From Catajapyx aquilonaris (taxonomy: Eukaryota), in the NCBI GenBank assembly GCA_000934665.2, contig KZ539140.1, positions 1 through 32,288 of the forward strand: a stretch of DNA of 32,288 nucleotides. Reading direction: 5' to 3'. Below, in pieces: positions 1 to 12,406 of this stretch. The notes below the pieces were generated by a model. That model was not told where the DNA came from, did not search any database, and was given only the letters and a program-made list of their open reading frames with translations. The position numbers were made by a program, and so were the translations under genes. The stretch's first letter is position 1; the number at the start of each line of letters is the position of its first letter.

Positions 1-277
1 TTCTAGATCGCGCAATTTTTATCCGAACTGATCGAGCCTTGGTCGGGAGGCTCAATTGGCTCTTCCTCGCCATGCTGTGACAATTTCAGGTCCGCACTTC
101 CAGCGAGACGGCCACACCGGCGGTGCGAACACAACGCTGCACCCGTCCCTCGGCCCAACTTGGCCTCCGCGAGTGGGAAAAATCGTCGTGACCGTGCGCC
201 CTTAAGTGCATTTCATTCTTACATACCCCAACCACTACCACCACAACATACCCAGGGAACGCCAGATAACCTGCTAG
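1..277 (+). mobile_element. Helitron-like element 3' end (5' end outside window or lost)
   Basis: Subterminal degenerate hairpin ACCCAGGGAACGCCAGAT followed by CTAG|T at 274-278. The same CATTCTTACATACCCCAACCACTACCAC... end recurs at 18346-18414. Confidence 0.55.
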
Positions 278-479
278 TAAATCATATAAAGCTTCCATTG
301 CTTAACTGTGGTGTCCATGGAGACTCTCCGTATCACTCGCAGTTTGAATTAAGTTACGCTCATAAAATTGGCCCTAGAGTGATTAATGCTAATGAGTCAA
401 GTGGACCCCTGCTATACCCTGTCATGTGTGTAAATGTATGACATTCCTTTTGTTGTCCTTGGTGCTGTTTTATACATAC

Positions 480-3400
480 CTAGAGTAGTCAGAAGATGGC
501 GTAATTCTGCTGACGAGATGTAGCCATTTCCATCTTTGTCAAAGTGACGAAGTCCTTCAATAAAATCATCTGCAGTGTCTGTGCTGCGATTCTTGGAAAT
601 GGTCTGAAGAATGGGGAGGAATACCTCAAAACTGATCCGTTCATCTGAAATGAGAGGCAAAGAATTTATTGCAGGTTTCAGCATGTGTGTGCATGCTTTA
701 TCTAGATACTAACATCACAATGTTTAAAAATTGAAAAAATGCTGTGGAATATAATGAGTTCTGCATTAAAAAACAAAGCTGTCAACATAACTAATAAAAA
801 GGTTACCAACAGGGTTATCAACATTTACAATATATAGCTTGTCTAGTCAAAGTTTGCAATGGTTGTTTGGCTGCAAAATGGTAACTTCACATAGTAACCA
901 ATTGCACATGAGGTTTTCAATAAGTTACCAGTTTCTGCAACCTTGGAGTAGACAGTCTGTCCATTTGCGTTTCACAAAAATGGACTGATCGTTATTCAGT
1001 ATCCTCAGAAGTCAGAAGCATGGCAAAGGACACTGCTAAGTGCTAACCTAAGCTAAGTCATGTTAATATAGGATTAAATTATTTCCTAAGGGGAGGTGTG
1101 GTGGCCGTGATGGTAACGTCACGGCTTGCTGAGTGAAAGGCCCCAGGTTCGATCCCCGCCTGGGGAACTTTCCTTTCACCTGCGTCAGGAGGGTCTCTGA
1201 CCTGCACCAAGGAGGTGTCTGGCAACCTAACCTCCTGGGGGACAGCACATGACCCCTTTACCGACATTGCACTTGCACCAATGTTCCCTCCCCAAAAATC
1301 CCTATCCCTACCCTACATCCTTGTCTCCTTGCACAGGTGAATGAAGAAAAAGTGTAATACACAGAGAAAACTGATGGTGGTGTGCCACCCCCCAAAGAGG
1401 CCTTTGATGCCTAGCACGGGGTAAAAAAAAAAACAATATTTAATTATTTTTTTTAAAAAAAAAAAAAAAACCTAAAGTGTTACAAGAAACTCAGCCCCCA
1501 ATCAACCATGCAGCTTCCTCTCCCTCATCATAATATATCAGCAAAAATTAAGTAACTGATAATATTGTTGCTGTTCCTGAAACTTATGGCGACAAATATC
1601 CATGTTGCTGTGAGGAAGTGATGTGCTAATTGCTAATACATCACTGTTATAATACTGGGGAGGGAGGGCTGGGAAAGCACAAGGGATGAAGCTAGATTTT
1701 ACAAGCAATATGTTCATTAGCTCAACTCACCTGGGCGGCGCTGATGGGTCAGCTTCTTCACATCACTCTCAGTGGGGTTTTGCCCTAGTGCTCTCAAAAC
1801 ATCTCCAATTTGCGTCACCTGGATCTTTCCATCTCCTCGGTTGTCAAAGAGGTTGAAGGCCTCTTGGAACTCTGGTGAAGTGAGATACCACCTAATTAGA
1901 TAGTGCTATAGCCAGTGGATCCCCGAAAATGCATGTCTAGCACATCCCACTTGTCAAGTTTCCACACATGATCCAAGAAGAAATTCACTTTCTTCTTGGA
2001 TCATGTGTGGAAACTTGACAAGTGGGATGACCAAGTGAAGTGAACATTATCTCATTAAAAACATTACACTGGTAATTTCTCCAGGGTGAATGGGGGCCAT
2101 CTTGGAAAAGTGGAACTCAGAAGAGATTAACCAATAGGAGAACTCAGCAGTACTGACAGCTGCTGATTCCACTGCTGAGTTAGAAACGTACTCATAGTAA
2201 ATTACATACTGTAGGTAATAATGGAACACAGTGAAATTGCTCAGTATTTATACTGGGCAATTTCACTGTGTTCCATAAATGACAACTTTTCAGTCACTTC
2301 TGGTAAGCAGAAACTTATTCTAAGTTGTAATTTTCATTAAAGTTTTAATTTCAGTAGACCTTCTTCTAGTAACAAGTAAAACTTACTTGGAATTTCAAAC
2401 ATTGTCACAGAGATTGGGAGGCTTACTTCACTCAAATCACTCTCTATTACAGAGTGTTGTCTACACAACACTGATTCAAGATTGAATGGACTCAATGTTC
2501 TGTTTTCTGATTGGCAACCTTGATCACAAAGTAGGCTATAAGTAAAACTGAAAAATTTTTAAATACAAACTTTAGCATTTTTAACTAGTTCTATTAAAAC
2601 CTTAAAAATCATAATGTTAGCATATAAAATGTGCTTTCTCAAACTAAAACTAAGAAGTAGAACTGGTTGGCAACCTCAATCACAAAGTCTGCTGTGAAGT
2701 AAAATTGAACTACAGTTGACTCCGGATATACAAATACAAGTAACAGCCTCAGCTACAACAGACTTGAAAAGATGTCCCTGCCATACTTCCATAAGGCCCT
2801 GTGTATTTGTACAGTGCTGGACATTAATGGTCGAGTACTAACAGCGACACGAGCCGAAGTGGTGAACAAGCGCATCGAACCTGATCGGACTGAAGAATAA
2901 GAACGGATGGCCCTGGGTGTCACCCACTGCGTTAAGTGGGTGACGCTTGTTTGCCGCTGCGGCTCATGTGCTGCTTTTGATTATCCAGCATCCTCCTCTC
3001 ACACGTAGGAAGAGACTGGAGCGAGGGTTATTTTTCCATCTGTTATGGCTCTATGCTTCCTTAATCACAAGTTTTGCAAATAAAGGTTGAGGCACATGTG
3101 CTCTGTTCAATGTCTCGATTCATGGAGCAGACACTTCATCATGTAAGGCTAGGTTCATACTAGGTGTTTTTGTCGCTGACACCCACATTGGAGCAACTGG
3201 GAGCATATATCACGCTCAGAACTCCAGAAGATGTCAGAAGATGCCAGTATGCTTCCCCTGCGGCAACCCTAGTCCACTCCCTACAGCTCACTTTTCACGC
3301 GATTTGTCGCCAGGTGTGTCTGCACCTACTGATAACCATGTGTTCTGTTTCCAGCTACACGCCAAGTCGCGGCAGCAAAAACGCAGCAAGCTGCGTTCGG

Positions 3401-4658
3401 CAATGACCAAACACAAAAGAAGTCGTGGTGTGTCACGCCCAGTATATTTGCGTGTGTTCTGTTTTCAGCGACTTGTAGCGGCGTTTTTGTCGCGCAACGA
3501 AAATGCCTAGTATGAACCTACCCTAACTTATGTGTGCATATAGAGTGCAGAATTTTAACATACCATCACTTTGAGGGATGGTAGAGGGGTTCTAAGCGAT
3601 CATTTTAAGTAGAGGTATCGTGAGTCTCCAAAACATAGTTACCAAGATAACGGGAGTTGAACACAATGTATAAAATATCCCTGCAGCTATGGATCCCTCT
3701 ACAAGATCTTACCCTTTTCATTTTAATTTTGCAATGCAATTTAAATTTGAGATACGATCCCATAACATGTAGCAGGCAACGGCCTATGCATTGGAAGCAT
3801 CACATGCTGTATCCGCATAATAGAAGATGGTATAATGCACTCTTTGTTTAATGCTAATTATCTTGATAACCAGGCTGCAAAGATCCAAGATACCTGTACT
3901 TAAAACAATAGCCTAAAACCCCTCTACCATCCCTCAATGTGACGGTACGTTAAATTTCTGCACCCTATACAGGGTGATTCAGAGTCACAGGTCAAGCGCG
4001 CGCGAGGGGGTGGGGAAAAATCGTAGGTGGCAACAACCCCGGTCGGTTTTATAAAACAATTACAAATACGGGAGTAATTTATTTATTTATTACGGCCGTA
4101 CGGCGTGACGTCACATCCTTTCTGTATTCGAATTGACCCCCGCGGCCTGGCAAATGCAAGGCAAATGCTTTCGGTTGAACCTGGATGAACGGGTTTTTAG
4201 CCTTGCGGGTTGCACTGAAAAAGGTGCTCTCCTGCTACACCGGCAGGGTACTGAACACACCACTGTACAGTAGTACACTACGTTGCACAGTACCCTGCCA
4301 GTGTAGCAGGAGAGCGCCTTTTTCAGTTCAACCCGCAAGGCTAAAAACTCGTTCAACCGAAAGCATTTGCCTTGCATTTGCCAGTCCGTGGGGGTCAATT
4401 AAAATACAGAAAGGATGTGACGTCACGCCGTAGGCCGTAATAAATAAATTGATTACTGCCGTATTTCTAATTGTTTTATAAAACCGACCGGGGTTGTCGC
4501 CACCTACGATATTTCCCCGCCCCCTCGCTTGCGCTTGACCCGTGACTCTGAAACCAAATTTCAGGCTATCTCAAGAGCTGAAAGTTGGCACACTGACAAC
4601 TGAGATGCCACATTATGATGGAAACGTCTCAACATCCTGAATATTATTATTAATAATG

Positions 4659-4715
<57 letters not shown>

Positions 4716-6712
4716 GATACCCCATGATAGGCCCCTTGGCCCTCTTAGGGGATCATCTTTTGAATAACCGATTTTAATCATTTGCCTCTAATGTGATGGA
4801 TTTTGATAGTGGGAGGAAACGGGAGAACCCTGAGAAAACCCACGCGAACACGGAGAGAACCCATCGAAACTCTATCCACATAAGTATCCTCCGTCCGACC
4901 CGGGGATCGAACTCGGGACCTTAGAGGTGGAAGGCTGCGGCGCTAACCGCTCGGCCACCGTGTCGCCCTTTGAACATCCTGAATATTTAGTAATAGGACC
5001 ACTCATGGACAAAATTCCACCCTTCCATGGCAGTACCACTTCCACAGTATGTTTCTAAATCGAGGGCAGGCCAGTACCCTTGGTCTCTGCACATGAGAGC
5101 CACCAACCAGAGCAAGAGGCAACTGCCAGTTTACTAACATTTGGGTGGAGCGAAGGTCACTCTGATTGATATGCCACTTATGTGCCCTTACCCCTAACTC
5201 CACCACACACACATATTCACGGTTTTCTTGTCTGTTCACCTTGGGACACATGTACAGGAGGTGGCACATATATGGACTTGGACTATGGGCAGAATAATAT
5301 GGGTCACAGGGTAGATCGGATCCAGGACCACATCACGGCAGGACAAATGCAGGTCAGGGAAAACCAGGGCAGGTAACCACATATCCAGCCTAAAAAAGGA
5401 AAGGACCAAAAACAAAATTGACTGCATTATTCACTGGATATGTGCAAGTATTTTATGAAAAAATGCTATTCATCAAATCTGTTACCAGTCAAATATGATA
5501 CTGTTATGTGTAATAAAGCAGTGTTGCCAAATATATCCTGGTGAGTTCAGTGAAAAGTCATATATGACATACTTGATAAATGATTTTAAATGGACCTGTG
5601 AAAGCTCCACTGCCCTCCAAATACAAGAAAATGAGAGATACAGTTGAATTTCGACATCTCAAATCTCCAAGGGGCGCGGAACAAGAATTTGAGGTGTGGA
5701 AAAGATTACAGTGCGAGAGGTTTGAAAATATATCCCAATGCATAACTGTCTAAAAATATTCATGTTCAATAACCACTAACCGGACTCACATTTCCACATT
5801 ACTTTATTGAGGGGGAAATATTTGTAATGGAACTTTGGCAGCACTTAAGATTGTCACTCTCATTAGATTATTTTATAGCTGATATAGTGATGCAAAAACC
5901 TCACCTGGCTCTCCCAAATGCAATTCTATTCATAAGTTTTGGTCAGCCTTAAACCATTAGACAATGCAGTGGAAACATTTGCCAAAATTTGACACAAAGT
6001 TAAAGATTCCATAGTCAATCAATGTGATTATACTTAAAGATATGGACACCTTTGACTAAGAGATGTTCCAGGTGTACCAGTTCCACTGCAGGACACCATT
6101 GAATGAAAGGCTTCAAGTATTATGGCAGACGTTTGGACCAGCGTGAAGAATGGATTTACTGCTAATTTATTCATACAATGGACTCCTTCACTATCCCCAC
6201 CCTAAACTTGACAGCAACAAGTTTTAAAAGTGACGTACAACTATTATCTTTAATTGTAACCAAAACCAAGTCAATGTTCCCGGCAGGAGTTGGATCACGC
6301 AAGGACCAAATGTCACATTAATAACAACCAAATCGGGGTGCTACATGTGGTTGGCAACGACTAGAAAGGATCTAATGTCCCCAGGTGACTACACCCTACA
6401 TTGCTTTCGGTGTCCTTTCAAAAGCAACGTAACTTCAGCACATATTTGGCGCAACTGTTACTAGGTCACTGTCCAGCCACCACTTGCAAAAACGCTGTGT
6501 CTGACTTGCAAGCATTGCAACAGAGGCTGGTTGCCAGCTATGCCCTTATTTGGTCAGGCATTTTCTAGGTCGCTCTCCCCACCCATCCCTCACCGCCCTC
6601 CGACTCTGCATACCTGCGATTTGGTCCTCCGTGTATCCGGCCTGTAAGCAAAATTTTGGAGTTAGCACCACTCACAAAGCAATACTTAACAACAGCCTAA
6701 ACGACTCACCAT
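480..6712 (-). CDS. Mlc-c: Myosin-2 essential light chain, non-muscle (Mlc-c/MYL6-like); 4 coding exons, 3' exon(s) outside window
   Basis: Exons 6710-6712 (ATG|GTGAGT), 6614-6641, 1731-1871 and 480-644, all GT-AG and phase-compatible. Spliced product [113 protein letters not shown] closely matches the insect cytoplasmic essential light chain (EF-hand family). The expected GEKL... terminal exon is not found in 1-479. Confidence 0.95.
1090..1470 (+). mobile_element. tRNA-derived SINE, family A, copy 1
   Basis: A-box TGGCCGTGATGG, B-box GGTTCGATCCC, A-rich tail. Near-identical head and body at 23170 and 27498. Short CCTAA flanking repeat. Confidence 0.9.
1943..2029. repeat. Perfect 41-bp inverted repeat with 5-nt loop
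   Basis: 1943-1983 is the exact reverse complement of 1989-2029. Confidence 0.95.
2221..2276. repeat. 27-bp inverted repeat, one mismatch
   Basis: ATGGAACACAGTGAAATTGCTCAGTAT / ATACTGGGCAATTTCACTGTGTTCCAT. Confidence 0.9.
2511..2710. repeat. Degenerate direct duplication (~155-bp spacing)
   Basis: TTGGCAACCTTGATCACAAAGT...AAGTAAAACTGAA (~2511-2552) recurs as TTGGCAACCTCAATCACAAAGT...AAGTAAAATTGAA (~2667-2709). Confidence 0.65.
2815..2991. mobile_element. Degenerate inverted-repeat element (MITE remnant)
   Basis: Imperfect arms ACACGAGCCGAAGTGGTGAACAAGCG / CGCTTGTTTGCCGCTGCGGCTCATGT, plus an internal hairpin GTCACCCACT...AGTGGGTGAC. Confidence 0.5.
3147..3523. mobile_element. PIF/Harbinger-type MITE
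   Basis: TIRs GGCTAGGTTCATACTAGG... / ...CCTAGTATGAACCTACCC, with TAA on both sides (3144-3146, 3524-3526). Confidence 0.8.
3541..3967. mobile_element. Tc1/mariner-type MITE with ~110-bp imperfect TIRs
   Basis: TAGAGTGCAGAATTTTAACATACCATCACTTTGAGGGATGGTAGAGGGGTT... mirrored by ...AACCCCTCTACCATCCCTCAATGTGACGGTACGTTAAATTTCTGCACCCTA; TA flanks. Confidence 0.8.
3970..4552. mobile_element. Palindromic Tc1/mariner-type MITE (~290-bp arms), right terminus truncated
   Basis: Starts TA|CAGGGTGATTCAGAGTCAC; 3978-~4265 is a near-perfect reverse complement of ~4270-4552, which explains the mirror-image ORFs 4111-4398 and 4185-4433. Confidence 0.88.
4646..4972 (-). mobile_element. tRNA-derived SINE, family B (V-domain-like), copy 1
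   Basis: A/B boxes (GTGGCCGAGCGG, GAGTTCGATCCC); central TTCTCTCCGTGTTCGCGTGGGTTTTCTCAGGGTTCTCCCGTTTCCTCCCAC resembles the V-SINE domain; (TTA)n tail; 15-bp TSD AACATCCTGAATATT at 4631-4645 and 4973-4987. Confidence 0.9.
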
Positions 6713-8479
6713 ACTAACGCTGGTGGAAGTACCGGTTGACGTGAAGAGGTCCCTCACTCTACGATTATGACTCAACGGAGCGGTCACACACTCTCTCGGC
6801 GGACTCTCTGGCAAGTGGCGACGTTCACTCAACTGGTCAACATGGGAGACACGCTTCAGATTGGTGGCCCTGGCATCAGCATTACTAGTTAATAATCGCT
6901 GCTACTTGTAGCTAATAATGTGCCTGCACTTTTTACAGTACTTGAAATACAGTACTGCCCAAATTTGTTAAATTTTAAAAATAAATGTACGGCCTACTGT
7001 ATGGAGTTGAGGGAATAATGGATGAGGAGGAAAGCACCGAAAGCACAATGCAGATAGTAAGCATGACAGTCGAGAGAGGGAGCCACAGACCACAAGGCTG
7101 GTGGGCACGAGACAGGCAACTTGTTGCTCTCCAGCGCGTGTGTTGTGTGCGTGTTTTGCGTGCAGAAATTGGGAAGAAATTGCGAATTATTCCAGTGTTT
7201 TTGACAAATACTTTAAGTGGCCTGTGTACCAATCGTAGGACAAAGCTGGTAGGTGAGGGAGTGCGTGCACACAGTGACATCTCTGGCTGCATGGTCATAA
7301 AGGTAAGATAAAAGAAAGGTACGGTACTGTGGATAAAGTGTTATATAATTTTTAAAAATAAACAAAGAAGAGCGTGCTCTGTGCGGATGCAGTGCTGTAA
7401 TGTGGATGAAAGTTATCCTAACTACCCTAGGGAGTTGTGCCTGATGCAAACACTGTAGTTGTCAGTTAAGATTACATGAGAAAATCACATCTTAATCTTC
7501 TTGAATGTCATAGCTCGAAGGCCGTAGATGCAGGTAGTGTACACTGAGACAATAAAGTATTGGGCAAGCTTTGTTTACTTACAGACAAAGGCCATGCACC
7601 GGCATGCCTGCTGTCGTAACCAATGGAAGAGTGCGTTGAGATTACTAAATGCCATGCTCTATGCTCAGGTTATTTTATGATATATCTACCCCATGATCTA
7701 AGATCTCACAAACTAGCTTCATATATCTGCATAGACTGAAAATGTTGGCTTCAGAATTGAATATACTGTAGGTTCGTTTTATTGGACAAATTACATCTCC
7801 AGTTATCTCATTGGAATTGCAACTGACAAGATTCTGCTACAGGCCGACAGCCTCTCTTATGGACCCAAGACTTTCTGGAAAATTTAATACCTGGTATTAC
7901 CATTTTTCTCCCCGTTGTTGTAATTAAACAGTAGATAACCAAGAAACTTTCTGAAAGCCTATGACAAGTTGATCACACCAACTAATATCACTGCACAGGA
8001 TGCACAGGGTGCACACACATGGCCTGTCAGCTGTCACCCCCATCCAGAATTTGTCTGTGCATGTGATACTTTCTGTTACTTGTGAAAACAAGGTATCATT
8101 ATAGAAAAAATTCAACTTTGACAGGGAATATGAAAAAAATTGACGAAAGAAATTCATCACACTGACAATTGCCATAAAGTTATTGTTCTGACACTCCCAT
8201 GAGAGGAACAAGGAACAGCTCCTAAAGGATACATCAAATGACCTTTTTATAATCTGGATTACCCTGCACATGTTAATTTCTCTGTGATGCAGGGTCATGA
8301 ACCTATCTTAGCACAGATATGGTATTTTAGGAAGCACCAATCACATGCTACTGTCGACCACTTCCCGTTGTTATTTTCCACTATTGTAAGCAGATTTTCT
8401 TACGAAGCAGGGTGTGAGATGCACGTGGTTCCCTCAAAAATTGCGATAAAAACTGGTTCCGGCAGGATGGAATTGCCGA

Positions 8480-8613
8480 TATTAATTAACGACGCGCGTT
8501 TAAATTTTGCATTGCTTGGTTGTGCTGGTTTTCCTAGCTGGCTAACAAAGAACCAGTCGTAGTGGTGTGGTGTAAATGACCACGTGAACGGGACGGACCG
8601 GAAGCAGGTGAGG
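8480..8613 (+). promoter_or_regulatory. Putative CDK4/6 promoter and non-coding first exon
   Basis: CpG-rich segment with E-box CACGTG (8581-8586), ETS-type CCGGAAG (8598-8604) and a strong donor CAG|GTGAGG at 8607/8608. Candidate downstream acceptors lie at 9194 and 9366. Confidence 0.5.
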
Positions 8614-9399
8614 CCGAGGTTCCCACGACCCCTCCCACCCCTCCTACCCAGACAGCTGCCGCGAGGGGCATTCTTCGGCAGTGATGTCACAGCAGGACCG
8701 GATTCGTGCCCTCCTCTTTTCATTTTTTTTGTGTTTTTTTCGGTACCAGTAAGACGGAAGCGCGTGGGCAGTTTCCTCCTCGTGTCATCAGATTGCGAGC
8801 GTGTTACTCATGCTGCATCCCAGACACGGCTAGTTACACCCGTAATTGTGGGAAGTCGTGCGCATTGTTTCACCATCAGTAAAGGGTACGAATGAACAAT
8901 GGTCATGGTGTACTCCAGATACCAGGTGTGGTTTGCCGTGTGGTTGAAGTAGGTGGCTCAATGCAGCTGCAAGTCAGCCTGCCAGCCAACCATCTGCTCA
9001 CCTTGACTTGGTCAAAGAAGCAGATGTTAGGTAGTCTGTGGCTTGTGGATGTCCAAAGATGGTAGAAAAATCGCCTGGTTATAACATTTCCAATGATGTG
9101 TATTTGAAGGTGTGAGTGAGCACAGGCAGGTGGGTTCCACTATGAATGCCCATCCACCATTGTGCTCCTCCTCCCCAGTACCCCTCTGTTTGCAGCTGGG
9201 CCCCTCTTCAAGCTCCACCTCTTCATATGCAGGGGGGTTCTGAAAGAAGGTTGGAAGAGTGGGCTCAGCTTTGGTGGTAGAGCATTTGAAATGTTACAGA
9301 GCAATACTGTTGAGAATTCAGATGAGCCACTGAGGGGAAGATTGACCAGTGTGTAATTCCTTGCAGGCAATGAGAAGGTGAGCAACAGAGCCTGCAAAC

Positions 9400-11195
9400 A
9401 TGCCTGGTTCGTCATCATCTACACCATCAACAGTTGCAAATGGAAAGGATGAAGATGCAAGAGACTCCAGCCAGTACCAGGTGGTGTCCACAATTGGCAA
9501 TGGTAAGTTAGACAGGTGTGGTGATTTCCTGCTTTTGCATAATTAGGCCAGTCCTGAACACATTTATCCTATTCTCAAAGTTAGTTGATCCTCAGGCCAA
9601 TCATGACCATGTTTCCTGAACTATACCTTTTTCCAAAAGTAGACGGGCTACTGTTTGAAAATACGGTGTAAGGAACGAATCATGTACCACATTTACATAA
9701 CAATAGTGGCTGTGATAGAAAGCTTTTACTTAACATTGAATGTACTATTAGCTGGAATGGTGGTGGTCATAGAGAAATGTTTCTGTAACTTAGGAAGAGG
9801 ATAATGATCCTGAAGCCACTGGAGCCATGTACTCACTAGTGGGCTGCAGACCACACTTGGAGAACCACTGCCCCAGAGGGCATGTTCAGTGTGTGCCTTG
9901 TACTCTGTACCCTAGCTGTCTAGATTTTTAGCTGCAATTAAGAAGTGGAATCTTGTCATACCTTGATTATGTGTATTAGTGTGCCATTATGGAAACTACA
10001 TGTCCGCTTTTATTTATTAGGTGCTTATGGGACAGTGTACAAAGCACTGGATCAAGCCAATGATGGGCAGGTGGTTGCAATGAAGAAGGTTCGAGTACCT
10101 CTGGGTGAGGATGGAATTCCGGCATCCACATTGCGTGAGATATCACTTTTGAAGCAATTAGAGAGATTCGAACACCCCAACATAGTCAGGTAACGCAAAC
10201 CATTGATCACCAGTCAATAGTTCTTTGATATAAATATGTGGTGTCTCTAGACTCCTCGATGTGTGCCATGGTACCCACTATGAGCAGGAGCAACACCTTA
10301 TTCTCTACCTGGTGTTTGAACATGTGGAGCAAGATTTAGCTGCTTACCTGGAGCGCTGTCCCCCACCTGGCCTGTGTCCAGATGATATTAAGGTGTGAAT
10401 ATTTAACCATCAAAAAATTCCATGCACTAATGTTTATGTTGCATTCCAGGAAATTGTGTTTCAAATGCTCTCCGGAGTCGACTTTCTGCACAGCCATCGA
10501 ATTGTTCACCGTGACCTAAAGCCTCAAAATGTGCTTGTCACAAACAACAAGCGAGTCAAGCTTGCAGACTTTGGACTTGCAAAGATCTATGATTTTTCCA
10601 TGCGTTTGACAACAGTTGTCGTTACACTTTGGTATCGAGCACCTGAAGTTCTTCTTGGTGCTCCATATGCAACACCTGTTGATGTATGGGCTTGTGGATG
10701 CATTTTTGCAGAGCTCTTTCGTCGTTCTCCACTTTTTCCGGGACAGTCTGAAGGGGAGCAGTTATCGAAAATTTTTGAGTGAGTGCCTGACAGGTTTAAA
10801 ACGTGTGTTTAGCAGTGATGACACAAATTCTCACTTGCAGAATTGTGGGATGCCCACCTGAGTCTAAGTGGCCTGAGAATGTGTCAGTTCCTTGGCACTC
10901 CTTTTCGTCCTACAGGTCAAGGCCATTGAAGGAGGTTGTGCCTGAAATTTGTGATATAGGAAGGGACCTGTTGGAGGTGAGACTAGCAAGTGCATGAGAG
11001 TGTTGGCATATCTCACAAATGTGTGTTTTCCAGAAAATGCTGCGGTTTGATCCCAATGAACGCATCACTGCATCTGCATCGAGGCAGCATCCATACTTTA
11101 CCAATGATGGATCAACACCTCATCGGACGAGGGACAGCTGGTGTGCTGTTTCAGATGACTTGAATTGTTCTGGGGAGAACCATCTAGATAAATAG
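9400..11195 (+). CDS. Cdk4: Cyclin-dependent kinase 4/6 family, complete, 6 coding exons, 346 aa
   Basis: Exons 9400-9502, 10021-10189, 10251-10392, 10450-10778, 10841-10976 and 11034-11195 (TAG), all GT-AG and in phase. Motifs: [24 protein letters not shown] (PSTAIRE position), FEHVEQDL hinge, [11 protein letters not shown] and [14 protein letters not shown], which are diagnostic of CDK4/6. Confidence 0.95.
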
Positions 11196-11263
11196 ACTGG
11201 CTGGTAAGGTCTTGGGAGACACCAGCTGTAAATTGACCCATAATATTCCAGGGGTGGAATATT

Positions 11264-11467
11264 AGGATGCAAAGTGCAATTTGCACTCCAAATTTGTTAT
11301 CTGCACTCCAAACTGAGCCTTGGAGTGCAAACTTTGCACTCCAGTTGTTCCTGCCTTTTTGACATGGGTAAAACCAGCAATTAAAAATTAAGCACTCCAA
11401 GTATGTAACTTCCACTCCAGATGAAAGTCTGAAATGCAAACTTTGCATCTGGGCAGAAAGTTTAAGA
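11264..11467. repeat. Inverted-repeat element with iterated TGCACTCCA, downstream of the CDK stop codon
   Basis: GATGCAAAGT...TTTGCA / TGCAAACTTTGCATC arms and about five (T)GCACTCCA/TGGAGTGCA units. Confidence 0.55.
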
Positions 11468-12345
11468 TTGGACCCTTGACATTTCTCAGGACTCATTGGC
11501 TGAATGGTAGACTCAGCAACAGTATTGTTATGAAGGTGCTAGTGGAGAATTTTTTTGGGCTGTGTCCACCTGCACAGATTAAGCAGAATCTCACTTGAGA
11601 GTTCCCATGACAAGGCCTTCGCATGTGATTAGTTTTTTTTCGTTTTTTTAAAAATGTTATTACTCACATGTGACTCAGTCGTTTTTTCCCTGGTGAAACA
11701 TGGAAAACGTGTCATGTAGTGCTTTTATTAGTGTCTCAGGCAGGTTTAAATTCATTGTATTTATGCTTTTTGTGATTAACATTGTTGTACCAATTTTTAT
11801 GATAGATAGTTTTACAAAGACTTTGTCTAATAACCGAGAGCAATATTAGTAGTTCAAGTCAAATAGCCAGTGTTAAGACATACGCTGTACAGTCAAATAC
11901 TACCGTACAAATATTTTCTTTAATTGGTAATTTATAGCTGTGTTTTCTTTGTGGATTACTTTCCTTTTTTTAGATGGATTCAGTGATAAGTATGGCCATG
12001 TTATGAGTGAATTACAGTACCTGTAAAACCACTAGCTAATCACGTAAGAAAAAAAATATTGTAAAACTGTCCATTACACAGATCACAGACCACCCCAATT
12101 GCAAACAAAAGGATTCCTTCCAGGATTGATTTTGCTTTATGTATCACTATATTGTTAGTGTTCCAATATGAGATGAGAAAATGAAAGTTAGTTTTTCAAT
12201 GTATGTTTCCTTAGTTGTGAAAACATGAGCTCGAAACGCCTGAATTTGCAAAAATCATTTTCCTCTTGAAATGGCCATAGAAAATGCTAGGGACCTTTTA
12301 TAAGTTTCCAGAATCATGGAACATTATCTCTTCCAAATTATAGAG

Positions 12346-12347
<2 letters not shown>

Positions 12348-12406
<59 letters not shown>

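Noticed and set aside
1090..1170. tRNA-like sequences with A and B boxes (also at 4900-4970, 12610-12680, 16585-16655, 20391-20460 and others)
   Set aside because: They lack proper acceptor stems and continue into shared bodies, tails and TSDs, so they are SINE heads, not tRNA genes.
4111..4433. Mirror-image ORFs on opposite strands with similar peptides
   Set aside because: Artefact of the palindromic MITE.
5182..5376. Plus-strand ORF ending at a donor-like CAG|GTAACC inside the Mlc-c intron
   Set aside because: No recognisable homology or partner exons found.
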